A stretch of DNA of 55,342 bases from Fidelibacterota bacterium. GTDB taxonomy: Bacteria; Fidelibacterota; Marinisomatia; Marinisomatales; TCS55. The stretch lies in assembly GCA_027251445.1 (NCBI GenBank), contig JAPNQO010000025.1, positions 1 to 55,342 of the forward strand. Direction: 5' to 3'. Each line of letters begins with the position of its first letter. The first letter of the stretch is position 1. Position numbers and translations under genes: made by a program. This document shows positions 9,405-19,400 of the stretch, piece by piece. The notes below the pieces were generated by a model, which had not been told where the DNA came from, ran no database searches, and worked only from the letters and a program-made list of their open reading frames with translations.

Positions 9405-10379
9405 TTATAGTTCTACTTGAATAGATCCAATTTCTAGACCACGATGATTTTGTAATACAATATTATCGTAGCTGTGCAATGCTTCCAATTGCTTATCATT
9501 GATCAGTTTTAGTTCCTTTAATATTGCTATCGTTGCTTTTGGATTGCAACGCTGGCTACCATCTATTATTTTTATTGCCATTCCATATGCTTCTCCATTG
9601 TCTGTCCGGATTCCAAGCCCGCGGACTCCCTCTCCGCCTATTTTTGTCACAGCATTACCATCCATAGCTGTAATGAAATCTGTATCAAATCGATCCTTTC
9701 CAGCTAAATGATATGGATTTGATACGATAGCATCATACAAAATATTTAATTCATCATAACCATTGCCAGCGAGTTTTTGATACATAAGAGCAATATTATA
9801 TAAGGGAAGAAAAGGGACTGGAGCGCTACATCCATCTGTAGAAGTTGGAAATTCTTCTAATTCTGAAAAATGTTTTACCTGCTCCATTATTTTCATTTGC
9901 ACAGGATGATCTTCATTAGTATATCCTTTTGGGTCTTCCTTTAAATAATTAGCTAAGGACAACATGCCTGCATGCTTCCCACTACAATTATTATGTAATG
10001 GGCTAGGCTTTTCATTATTATATAATAATTCCTTTTTAGCGTCCTTATCATATGGGGAATGAGAACCACATTCATAATATGACATATCATATCCAATTTT
10101 GTTTAATATGCTCATTGCAGTCTTTACATGAATTTTTTCACCATTATGAGATGCGCACATAAGCGCAAGCTCATCTTTACTAAAATCAAATTTCTTTGTA
10201 GCTCCAGCCTTTACTGATGCAGAAGCTTGAAAGGGTTTTAATGCTGAACGTACGCAGGTTAAATAGTGCGCATCACCATTGCTATAAACAATACTCCCTT
10301 TTGAATCAACAACCACCACAAAAGCAACATGCATACTTTCAATAAAATCACCACGATTAACTTTGCATAGAATTGGCAT
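9405..10379 (-). CDS. L-asparaginase II (class 3, Rhizobium etli-type)
   Basis: Motifs RSALKPFQA, CASHNGE, NNCSGKH, DGCSAP, TKIGGEG and KIIDG; no signal peptide. Confidence 0.9.
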   Translation of the reverse strand: MPILCKVNRGDFIESMHVAFVVVVDSKGSIVYSNGDAHYLTCVRSALKPFQASASVKAGATKKFDFSKDELALMCASHNGEKIHVKTAMSILNKIGYDMSYYECGSHSPYDKDAKKELLYNNEKPSPLHNNCSGKHAGMLSLANYLKEDPKGYTNEDHPVQMKIMEQVKHFSELEEFPTSTDGCSAPVPFLPLYNIALMYQKLAGNGYDELNILYDAIVSNPYHLAGKDRFDTDFITAMDGNAVTKIGGEGVRGLGIRTDNGEAYGMAIKIIDGSQRCNPKATIAILKELKLINDKQLEALHSYDNIVLQNHRGLEIGSIQVEL

Positions 10380-10382
10380 AAA

Positions 10383-11195
10383 TTATTTTACGGCAAATGA
10401 AGCAAATTGAAATGTAAATCCATTTTTTTTCAGCTTTGGTATTTCTGATTTTAATACTTCAAGGGTTAATCTTTTTGCATGACCAATTCCTATGGCCTTC
10501 CCTTTGCTTTCTGCCTTATCAACCAATTTATATAATTGTTCACGAATCTTGTTTACATCATTATCATTATCAAGAAATACGTGCCTTCTTGCTGTGGGGA
10601 CACCTCTGGAACGCATAACACTTTCCGCAACCGTTTGGGATGTAGTACGACTATCAACAAAATATTTTCCATGGCGTTTTAATACATTACTAACAATATT
10701 CATTATTCTTTTATCAGCAGTCGCTTTTGAACCTTGATGATTATTCAAACCATCTGCTTCAGGAAATTCTGAAATTACTTTTTCTACTCTTTCTTCTATT
10801 TCATCACTTGTCATGTTTTCTGTAAGTATATACTCTAATTCACCATGAGTATCAATAGTAGATTCCATCGGCATATGAATTATAACCTCATAACCCATCT
10901 TATGTGCTTTTCTAGCAAATAGTTTACTATTTTCATGACCAGGAATTACAGCAAAAGTGAGATCCTCATTTAACGTTAAAAACCCTTCAGAAACTTCATC
11001 ATTTCTATATCCAAAATCATCAATAATAATGATAATATTACCAATGGTGTTTTCTTTAATTACTACAGAGGGTTGAGGGGGTAGAGCTATAGGGATTTCA
11101 GGCTCTTTAGACCGTGACTTTAAAACTAGAAGAATACAAACCGACAAAAACAATGTAAAAAATACAAATAGAGTTTTTAAACGGTTGAAAGCCAT
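10383..11195 (-). CDS. Divergent polysaccharide deacetylase family protein (DUF610/YibQ-like)
   Basis: N-terminal membrane anchor; IIIDDFG, HMPME, GLNNHQGS, FVDSRT, VFLDN and AIGIGH motifs. Confidence 0.9.
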   Translation of the reverse strand: MAFNRLKTLFVFFTLFLSVCILLVLKSRSKEPEIPIALPPQPSVVIKENTIGNIIIIIDDFGYRNDEVSEGFLTLNEDLTFAVIPGHENSKLFARKAHKMGYEVIIHMPMESTIDTHGELEYILTENMTSDEIEERVEKVISEFPEADGLNNHQGSKATADKRIMNIVSNVLKRHGKYFVDSRTTSQTVAESVMRSRGVPTARRHVFLDNDNDVNKIREQLYKLVDKAESKGKAIGIGHAKRLTLEVLKSEIPKLKKNGFTFQFASFAVK

Positions 11196-12082
11196 TATGG
11201 TAATCTCAATGATATATCTAGCATCTGAGGTAAGCCTAAATGCTGGGATCCAATTTGAATACCGTAATGTATATTTACCAGACCCAGTCTAAGGCCAAAT
11301 CCTCCAGAAACGACTGTTACTTGATTAGAAGATTGAGTTCCAAAACGTAGGTCAAACTTATCAAAATTGGTTTCACTGGCAACACGAATAATAGATCCAT
11401 CAACTAAAGAAGATTTTTCAACTGATAAACATATTTTTTGTCCCAATTTTGATGATGGAAGTTTATAAGATACAGCTGATAAGAATCGGAGAGGCAAATT
11501 AGGATTATAAGTATCTGTATTATTGATTAATCCTGAATTTAATATAGAAAAGCCCACATCTATATTTTTCCCAAATGAACGTTTAACGCCTCCATCAAAA
11601 GTTACACCAGATACATTTTCAGTATATAATTGAATCAATATATATCGAACGGTCGCACCGAGAGTTATTCCACCGTAAGATTGCGAATAAGTACTAGACA
11701 CAGAAAAGGCGCTAGAGCCAAATGTCGCTAATGGATCATCTGTTGGTATCGCGCTTCGAAGCTCAAGGTCATTAATCCCCATATATCTAAGGTTAACTCC
11801 AATATTTCCATTCGCCACTTTTGATCCTAAGAAAAAAGATGAGTTTGAAACATTGTTTAACCAAGACCCATAAGAAATATTCATTTTCATTCCTTGTGAA
11901 GGGGCTTTAAGTAATGCTGGGTTATTTAGATTTAAGCTGCCAAAAAGAGGGCTAGGGCCAAAAGCTAATTCTATTGCGCTAGATGGAATTGATAAAAATT
12001 GTGTACCTAGGCTGTAACCAAAACTAACATAGGCTAAGAAATATAAAATATATCTAGAAATCGAAAGCATAAGTAAATACAT
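11195..12082 (-). CDS. PorV/PorQ-family outer-membrane beta-barrel (divergent copy)
   Basis: TQFLSIPSSAIELAFG...NNPALL resembles the PorV N-terminal FL.I..gAr..amG...NPA motif; alternating beta-strand pattern. The real start may be the second Met (12070). Confidence 0.7.
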   Translation of the reverse strand: MYLLMLSISRYILYFLAYVSFGYSLGTQFLSIPSSAIELAFGPSPLFGSLNLNNPALLKAPSQGMKMNISYGSWLNNVSNSSFFLGSKVANGNIGVNLRYMGINDLELRSAIPTDDPLATFGSSAFSVSSTYSQSYGGITLGATVRYILIQLYTENVSGVTFDGGVKRSFGKNIDVGFSILNSGLINNTDTYNPNLPLRFLSAVSYKLPSSKLGQKICLSVEKSSLVDGSIIRVASETNFDKFDLRFGTQSSNQVTVVSGGFGLRLGLVNIHYGIQIGSQHLGLPQMLDISLRLP

Positions 12083-12992
12083 GAATTAAACCTTGTGAAA
12101 CAGAATGAGGTTCAACAACAACAGCATAATCAAAATAAGCATCATTTTTTTTGAGAAAAGTAAAGTTCAATCCTGCTCCTAAAGAAAATCTTGAATTACC
12201 AAACCCTGCGCGAATAAAGTATTTTTCAGAAAAACGGTATTCGCCACCTAATCTTAATTTAGTCCCTAACACTTCTTCCTGTTTGGCAACAATACCAATA
12301 TCACCAACAATATAAATTTGTTGAAAATTAAATGTGGAACCAAAATGATACATTGTTGGAAATGATTCTTTATAGATTCGACCTTCACCTTCAAGTACTT
12401 GTCCAGTATTCCATTGATAGTTTGTATTTAAGTCTTTGATGACAAAAGCAAAATTTAATTTTTCTTCAGATAGTAGCATAAATCCAATATCAAATCCTGT
12501 ACCCTTTCCTGCTAACTGACTTTCATTCATAGGCAGTTGATGATTTAGTATTTTTACATTAATTCCAAGAGAAAGCCACGGGGTAATTCGTTGTGCAAAA
12601 CTTATAAATATTGCATCTTCACTTGTTGAAAGTTTTTGTGTTTTATATCCAGAAGTTGAACGTCCTTGAATATCATCAACGCCACTACTTACCCACGCAA
12701 CACCTAGTCCTGCAGTAGGAGGCAAATTAGAAGAAATACTAGACATCATTAACCTACGGTCAAGGTTCAATGCGTGATAAGAAAAACCAACCTGTCTTTT
12801 ATCAATAAATGCAAGACTTGCTGGGTTATGATATGCAGCAAATCCTTGATCAATTTCTGCTGTAAACCCACTGCCCATTGCCAATGATCTAGCAGAAGTG
12901 CCCATTCGTAAAAAGGCTCCGGAATAACTTGCATAATCTGAAGCATAGATTAATGAGAATAGCATGAAAACTGATATGATATAACTTCTCAT
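12054..12992 (-). CDS. PorV/PorQ-family outer-membrane beta-barrel (T9SS shuttle-like)
   Basis: AFLRMGTSARSLAMG...AAYHNPASLA, GFDIG and IRAG motifs; signal peptide; C-terminal Phe. Confidence 0.82.
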   Translation of the reverse strand: MRSYIISVFMLFSLIYASDYASYSGAFLRMGTSARSLAMGSGFTAEIDQGFAAYHNPASLAFIDKRQVGFSYHALNLDRRLMMSSISSNLPPTAGLGVAWVSSGVDDIQGRSTSGYKTQKLSTSEDAIFISFAQRITPWLSLGINVKILNHQLPMNESQLAGKGTGFDIGFMLLSEEKLNFAFVIKDLNTNYQWNTGQVLEGEGRIYKESFPTMYHFGSTFNFQQIYIVGDIGIVAKQEEVLGTKLRLGGEYRFSEKYFIRAGFGNSRFSLGAGLNFTFLKKNDAYFDYAVVVEPHSVSQGLIHVFTYAFDF

Positions 12993-14684
12993 TTACTTAA
13001 CCACAATCAGTTTTAGCCAATGAGGAGAGGGTTTACTACTTTGGCTGTCAGGGTAGGTTAATTTTACAAAATAAACTCCATTATGAACGTAAACCCCCTG
13101 TTGATCACGTCCATCCCATTTTAATGCTCCCGATGAAGCAACACGTTTATCAAATGATCCTGCAAATACTTTTTCCATAGCAAAATTATATATGTCAATA
13201 TCAATAACAAATGTGCCTGACCATTCATTCGTATGAAAACGAACATATCCATTATCATTGAGCACATTATGAGTATATGGGGAAAAAGGGTTTGGATAAG
13301 CATAATCTTCTTCAACATCATATTCTGCTCGAAATATTTTCCAGTTTAAACCATTAAGATCATAAGAATGAGCCGCACCATCACCAGTCCCTATCCAGAT
13401 TGAACGATCGCCGTAATATGATCGACTATCAAATGCCACACTATAGACTTGATCTGCCAACACTTCATCTAAATCATATATAGCGGTATTTGGAATAGGT
13501 ATTGCTTGATTTGCTGGTTTATATAATGCCCAATTAATTCCATCTTCTGTTTTCCACACACCATTTGCTGATGCAGCAAACACCAAAGAATCAAAAGCGG
13601 CAATATTATAAATTCTCTCACCTAACAGGGCAGTATTCCATGATAAACCATCATCAATTGTATAACTTAAACCACGCTGTTCAGTTGGATCATCTGCATT
13701 TACTGTAGCTGCCCATATAACTCGCTTACCATTTAACCGCTGAATTTCTAGCCCAACTACAAAGTTTCCAGATAGATTATCCATAGGATATGCATAATGT
13801 CTCCAATCAATACAATTACCCGAGCCAAGAATTCCACGGTTTATTCCATTTGCAGTGCCCACCCAGATTGTATCACTGTAGCTTAAAACTGAGAATGCTT
13901 TATGATTATGATTCCCTCCATCAAGCGGATCCCTAGGATTTAAATAAAAATCTTTTAAAATGTATCGCGCACCTACACGCACATAGGAAGTGTCTTCACA
14001 CGTTGTTAATTCGTACTGACTATCCATTGGTAGAGGAACTCTTTCCCATACTTGATCACTGAATTTGAATCTACGTAATCCTCCGGCCCAACTAGCAGTC
14101 CAAGCATATTCTTGGGAAAGGTCCATATCATATGTGACATTTGCTTGGGGTACTGTAACTGGAAGAACCGCAATAAAACCAATATCTCCAAATGGTATCG
14201 TATCTGATAAAGCATCATCTATTGGTTGATCATAATAAATCCAATTTATTGTAGTATCTGTTGCATCTGTAGTAAATACAATTCCTTTACCAATTGGGAT
14301 ATCATTTTCACTGCCTGCAACTGCAGCAAACATAAATTTATCATAAGAGCTTCCTTTATCACCGGTTGTCATCGCCGATATTCCTCCAATAGGGAGTCGT
14401 GTAGTATAGGCACCATTTGTTAATTCAAGAGTATCTTGGAGTGTCTCTACAGTAATGGAATCACGAATAATACTTATTCCTAATCCAGTTCCAAGCCAAA
14501 CCGATTTATCTCCTTGGAGTACAACTTCCGTTACTACATTGCTTCGCATTGCATTAGTATTTAATAAGGTGTCAATAGAATCAGCATTCATTATACGAAA
14601 AGTAAAATCTGAAGGAAATAACCGTTGAGCCTGCAAACAATCTATACTACATAATAATACTATATATATGATAAGTCGTTTCAT
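12993..14684 (-). CDS. PorZ-like beta-propeller protein with T9SS CTD
   Basis: Signal peptide (CLQA|Q); repeated propeller motifs VWLGTGLG, IWVGTANG, IWIGTGDG and Asp-box-like YTIDDGLSW / KTEDGINW; CTD AYPNPF...WDGRDQQG..VHNGVY. Confidence 0.7.
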   Translation of the reverse strand: MKRLIIYIVLLCSIDCLQAQRLFPSDFTFRIMNADSIDTLLNTNAMRSNVVTEVVLQGDKSVWLGTGLGISIIRDSITVETLQDTLELTNGAYTTRLPIGGISAMTTGDKGSSYDKFMFAAVAGSENDIPIGKGIVFTTDATDTTINWIYYDQPIDDALSDTIPFGDIGFIAVLPVTVPQANVTYDMDLSQEYAWTASWAGGLRRFKFSDQVWERVPLPMDSQYELTTCEDTSYVRVGARYILKDFYLNPRDPLDGGNHNHKAFSVLSYSDTIWVGTANGINRGILGSGNCIDWRHYAYPMDNLSGNFVVGLEIQRLNGKRVIWAATVNADDPTEQRGLSYTIDDGLSWNTALLGERIYNIAAFDSLVFAASANGVWKTEDGINWALYKPANQAIPIPNTAIYDLDEVLADQVYSVAFDSRSYYGDRSIWIGTGDGAAHSYDLNGLNWKIFRAEYDVEEDYAYPNPFSPYTHNVLNDNGYVRFHTNEWSGTFVIDIDIYNFAMEKVFAGSFDKRVASSGALKWDGRDQQGVYVHNGVYFVKLTYPDSQSSKPSPHWLKLIVVK

Positions 14685-15544
14685 TCTACAATCACTCTAT
14701 GAATTACAGTGTCTGAATACGTATTTGACATATCCATAGCATCAAATATCCAGTTAAATGTTCCTGTTTTTGTTTGTAGAGACGGGTCTGTATTTCCTGC
14801 GCCAAAGACAGGAACGCGAAAACTAAAAATTCCATCATTTGCATTTAAGTCTCCACTTGTGAAGTTTGGTTCGTAAATAACAACTTCACCACCATCATCG
14901 TAAAGGTTAATTAAATTACCTTTATTAAGAAAAGAATCTCCCTCAACATGATATGATACAAATCCTACTCGCCGAATATCGTTTAATCCATTTGCATCAT
15001 GAGCTCTGGCTGTAACGAGTTCAAATATTACACTATTATCAGAGGGTCTAATTATAGTATCGGATGCAGATACGCTTACTAATTGTGGTATGATATTGCC
15101 TAAAAAGAATGAATCTCTAATCATAAATGAAGAACCATTCCCATATGTAGCTTGAAACTTCATATGAACTTTTCCGGTATCATTTAATGAAATTGGATTG
15201 GATAAGAATAGAGAGTCATTTAAAACTTTTAAAGAATATAGTTCATCACCTTTTATTATATCTCCACTTTCCCCTTCATCATTCATCAATAAATTATCAG
15301 GAGAAACTGTAGTATCTGTACCATACCAAAGTAAGACAGTACTCTCTAAAGGAGATCTATTTACACTTGACTCAACTTCAATTGCAAAGTATAACACTCT
15401 GTCATCTTGTAAATATGTAAATTGCAAATCCCCTAAAGGATTTTCAATTACACTGCTGCTAGATGAGCCTTCACACCCATGATAAATAATGAATGAGAAA
15501 AAAATAATGAAAATATTTTTTATTATTTTAAAGTAAAAATTCAT
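14681..15544 (-). CDS. Lipoprotein with two choice-of-anchor-X-like acidic motifs
   Basis: Lipobox-like YHGC; motifs LMNDEGESGDIIKGDELYS and LYDDGG...GDLNANDGIFS; ATGA overlaps with both neighbours. Confidence 0.65.
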   Translation of the reverse strand: MNFYFKIIKNIFIIFFSFIIYHGCEGSSSSSVIENPLGDLQFTYLQDDRVLYFAIEVESSVNRSPLESTVLLWYGTDTTVSPDNLLMNDEGESGDIIKGDELYSLKVLNDSLFLSNPISLNDTGKVHMKFQATYGNGSSFMIRDSFFLGNIIPQLVSVSASDTIIRPSDNSVIFELVTARAHDANGLNDIRRVGFVSYHVEGDSFLNKGNLINLYDDGGEVVIYEPNFTSGDLNANDGIFSFRVPVFGAGNTDPSLQTKTGTFNWIFDAMDMSNTYSDTVIHRVIVE

Positions 15545-16461
15545 TTATGACTTCCATAAATATAATGAACTAAAAGCCTGCCTACTTGTCCTAAACTTTC
15601 TGCAGAGCAATTTTCTGGAATATCCTGAGAGGTATGCCAGTAGTTGCTATATCGATTTGGATAATTAAAATCAATTATATCTATTGCCGGTATTCTTGCT
15701 TCTTGCCAAAGAGGAACATGATCATCATATACTGTATGCTCAATTCTTGATTCAAAAGCTTCTAGATTTAATTCTTTTGCTAAAGACCAAAGTTTTTTTA
15801 CTAAGGTTCTATTTTGTAGATACGAATAACGTTCAATAGGAAGGTGCAAATCTTTGTCTCCTATCATATCCAATATAATTGCTTCATCCGGAGCATTTAT
15901 TGGTAGATTTTTTGCAAAATACTGTGACCCTTTTGCATAACTGTTAGGGATACCTGGTCTCCCCATATCTTCCCCATCAAATAATACAAGTGAAACTCTA
16001 ATTGGAGGGGGGTTATTATGGAATATTCTTGCTAACTCTAATATTACAGAAACACCGCTGGCTCCATCATTAGCCCCTATAATTGGTTGATCGTGGTATT
16101 GTGAGTTTAAATCTTTATCTGCCCAAGGTCTTGTATCCCAGTGAGCGCCAATCATCAAATGATCACTACTGTTTGAATTAAATTGAGCAATAATATTACT
16201 TAAACTATACTCATTATTATCTATACCATCCAAGATGAAGGGCTGTATAAACACCGTATCCATATAAGAATCAAGGGTATTTACTAAAAATTTCTTGCAA
16301 TTATCATAACCTGTTGACCCGGGATTTCTAGGTCCAAAATCACATTGATCTAATAGAAATTGGAACGCACTCTCTTGATCAAATTTTGGAACTGAATCAT
16401 TACATGTAATAATAAAGAAAGTTAAAAAACAGCAAAAAAGATTATTAATATATAACTTCAT
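15541..16461 (-). CDS. M28-family lipoprotein, glutaminyl-peptide cyclotransferase-like (Bacteroidetes-type QC)
   Basis: GPRNPGS, GAHWDTRP, GANDGASGV, FDGED, ILDMIG, DDHVP and YWHT motifs match the QC subfamily; lipobox IITC. Start placed at ATG 16461, 4 nt after the sprA stop, rather than track start 16482. Confidence 0.8.
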   Translation of the reverse strand: MKLYINNLFCCFLTFFIITCNDSVPKFDQESAFQFLLDQCDFGPRNPGSTGYDNCKKFLVNTLDSYMDTVFIQPFILDGIDNNEYSLSNIIAQFNSNSSDHLMIGAHWDTRPWADKDLNSQYHDQPIIGANDGASGVSVILELARIFHNNPPPIRVSLVLFDGEDMGRPGIPNSYAKGSQYFAKNLPINAPDEAIILDMIGDKDLHLPIERYSYLQNRTLVKKLWSLAKELNLEAFESRIEHTVYDDHVPLWQEARIPAIDIIDFNYPNRYSNYWHTSQDIPENCSAESLGQVGRLLVHYIYGSHK

Positions 16462-16465
16462 AACA

Positions 16466-19400
16466 TTATCCTGTAATAGCAATATTTACATCAAATCCAA
16501 AATCACGATCAATTTTCTTTCCTGTTGTCATAGATTCATTTTCATGATAACCATAAATCATGCTTCCGCTGACTTTAGCAGAAAAAGTATACGTAATCCT
16601 TATACCCGCTTTCCAACCTGAATTGAATGCAGTTTGTCCAAATTCCAAACCACCGTTTTTACTCCCTAAAGTTTCACTCTCGTTCATATCAAAGTTAAAC
16701 TGAAAATTAACAGTATTCTGAATTTTATAATCTTCCATAAAAGGAAGCGGTATGGTAATACCGCCTCTATGACTATAATTAGCGCTAGAAGTATAACTTT
16801 TATCACGATGAACTGTTATACCTGTAGGCACGCGATCTAGAGACTTAGAGAGATTATGTCTAAAATTCATAGAAATTCCTTTTTGTAAGCTTGCTGTTAA
16901 GCCTATTAACGGGGAAAAGTTAGTATTTATACGGGAAGATCTTTCATCCTCTTCATAATCTAATATAAAACTTTCCAAATCAATTAATGGCATATTGGGG
17001 CCCTCAAAATTTTCGAATTGCCAAGCTCTTACTTCTTTACCGCTAAAACCATGCTCTAGAGAAAGAGACCTTAAGAATTTTTTAATGATAGGTAATTTTT
17101 CTAACCCCGACCAACGTATACTCCACCCAGGAAGAGGAAGGCCATTTTCCAATTTTTCACCATACGCAAAATAATCTCGTGACATATTACGCTGTTCTGT
17201 CCCTGAACCACTCCTAGATGTAGAAACATTTTGTGAATAATTAAAACTTGTACTAATACTCCGAGTTAGGTTAAATCCTGATCGTAGGGAAAAATCTCTT
17301 TTATGATTCCATGCTCCAATATCGGAACCTATCTTTTCAGAATATTCTAAACCATGATCAGGCTCCCATCCAAAACGATATCCCAAAGGAACATCACCAA
17401 TCACACCTCTGCCAGTTCTAGTTAAGTTTTCTGAATAACTAAAATTTATCGGATTAATTTTCTTAAGGAAACCGTGAGCAAATGTTAAAATGGGAATATC
17501 TTTTTGGACTTTCTCCTCTACTTTTTCTTCATCTTGCTTTGGCCTTCTTCTTCTAGAACGTCCTTTTGGAACAGAAGATACTTTTGAAGGAGGTTTATAA
17601 ATAACCTCAAACATATTTGCTAAGCTCAATGCAATACTTGAAGAAAAACGTAATTGAGTTCCTATATTTGCTCCACCTATTGTGCTCTCACGATCTTGAT
17701 TCCATGAATATGCAGAAGAATAATTCATATTTGGTTTCAACCATGAAAAAATTGTTGGATTAAAAGATGTAGATAAATTTTCAGTTATATTTTCTACTAC
17801 ACCTGGATCAAGATCTTTAATTGCTAATAATGCATATCCTCTATAATCTTGCATATCACTTTTCACAGCTCTTGTATATTTTGTTTTAATTCCATTAGTT
17901 AACATATAATCCATTGAAAAATTTCTATTTAAACCAAAATTGTAAGTATCTGGAGATTTACCACCTACACGTTTAATTCTTTGACTCAAACTTTCATTAA
18001 AGTTTAATGACGTATTAAAATTTGAAGGTGTATAATAAAATTGTATTTCACTTAATTTTTCACCTATTAGAGGAACGGGCTTAAACCATTTAAAAGGATT
18101 TACATAATTATCACGTCCGAATGGGAGAGAATAACTAACTTTTCCAGAGTACTTTTCGTTTAATACTTCCTTGTTTAATTCATTTGATGAAAATGATTTA
18201 CTGGCGCTGAAACTTGGCTTTATTTTATCTAATGTGTACTGAATAATTTTATTATCGGACTTACTAGATTTTGATAAAGAAGTACTAAAATTTAGTCCAG
18301 TTGATTTTGTAAGTATTGAATCTGGCGCATTTCCTTGATTAACTAAAATATCCGATCCAGGAAAGTATTTAGGCGTATTGGATGCATTTGTCATTGATAG
18401 ATTCAATGGAATACTAATACCCCAAGATTTTGGTAATAACTTATGGAGTTGAAAATTTGTATTAAAAGAAAAGTTTTCTCCAGTTTGATTAGTTCCTAAC
18501 CTTTGTTGAAGTACATGAAAATCTGCATCTTTTCTACTATAAGTAAATGATGTATTTGCAATGTCAGCCACACTTAATCTTGAAGTCATCCTCATGGCAA
18601 CTCCTCTATCTTTTTTAACTCCACTTAATCGTAATTCATCTATCCATACCTCTCCATTAATCCATTCATCAGAAATATTTTTAATACCTACCATAAAAAA
18701 TTTAATTCTTGATAATGCTGGTTTCCCTTTTATTCTAATTTGCTTTCCTGTTGGTAATCCTTCATCATTATAAAAAGTATAATATTTTATTCCTGATGAA
18801 TCGGATATTGTATCAAAATCATTCATTTTTTGTACGTTTGTTGAATCTTTAAGTTTTAGCTGTGTAAGCCAATTTAGATCAAGATTTATTGTATTTCTAT
18901 TTTCTGATTCGTCCCATCCTTGATATACTGGTTGAATCAATTCATAATAATCTTCACCAAGACCAAACCTCATAAAAAACTTTACTTTGGTTTCCGTTGT
19001 TTCAATCCACGGACTGTTTCCATATACATACATTTTCATTTTATCATATGTTAGATAACTTTTTGCTCTATCACCTGATAGATTGATTAATGTTTTTAAA
19101 GCAGCACCTTTTTGTTTTGGTGCAAGATCATCAAATTTTAAAACTAGAGATTGCTCTTTTGAACGAATTTCATTTATACGATCATATTCTCCTTTTACTC
19201 CTTTTGGTGGTTGATAGTTAGCATTGTCTTCTGTATTTATAACTGATATTGCAAATACGCTATCCGAGTTTGATTTACTATATATCTCCGATGAGTCAGG
19301 GGCAATTCCAAGTTCTTGCCATTCATTACCAACTAGTTCAATTTTTGCAACTTGAATCCAGGTTTGTGTAGTGTCTGACAATCGTATTCTGCAAAACTTA

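Noticed and set aside
16462..16482. Longer track start for the QC ORF (and 31455 for the basic protein)
   Set aside because: Downstream ATGs (16461, 31497) give proper signal peptides and better coupling or SD context.
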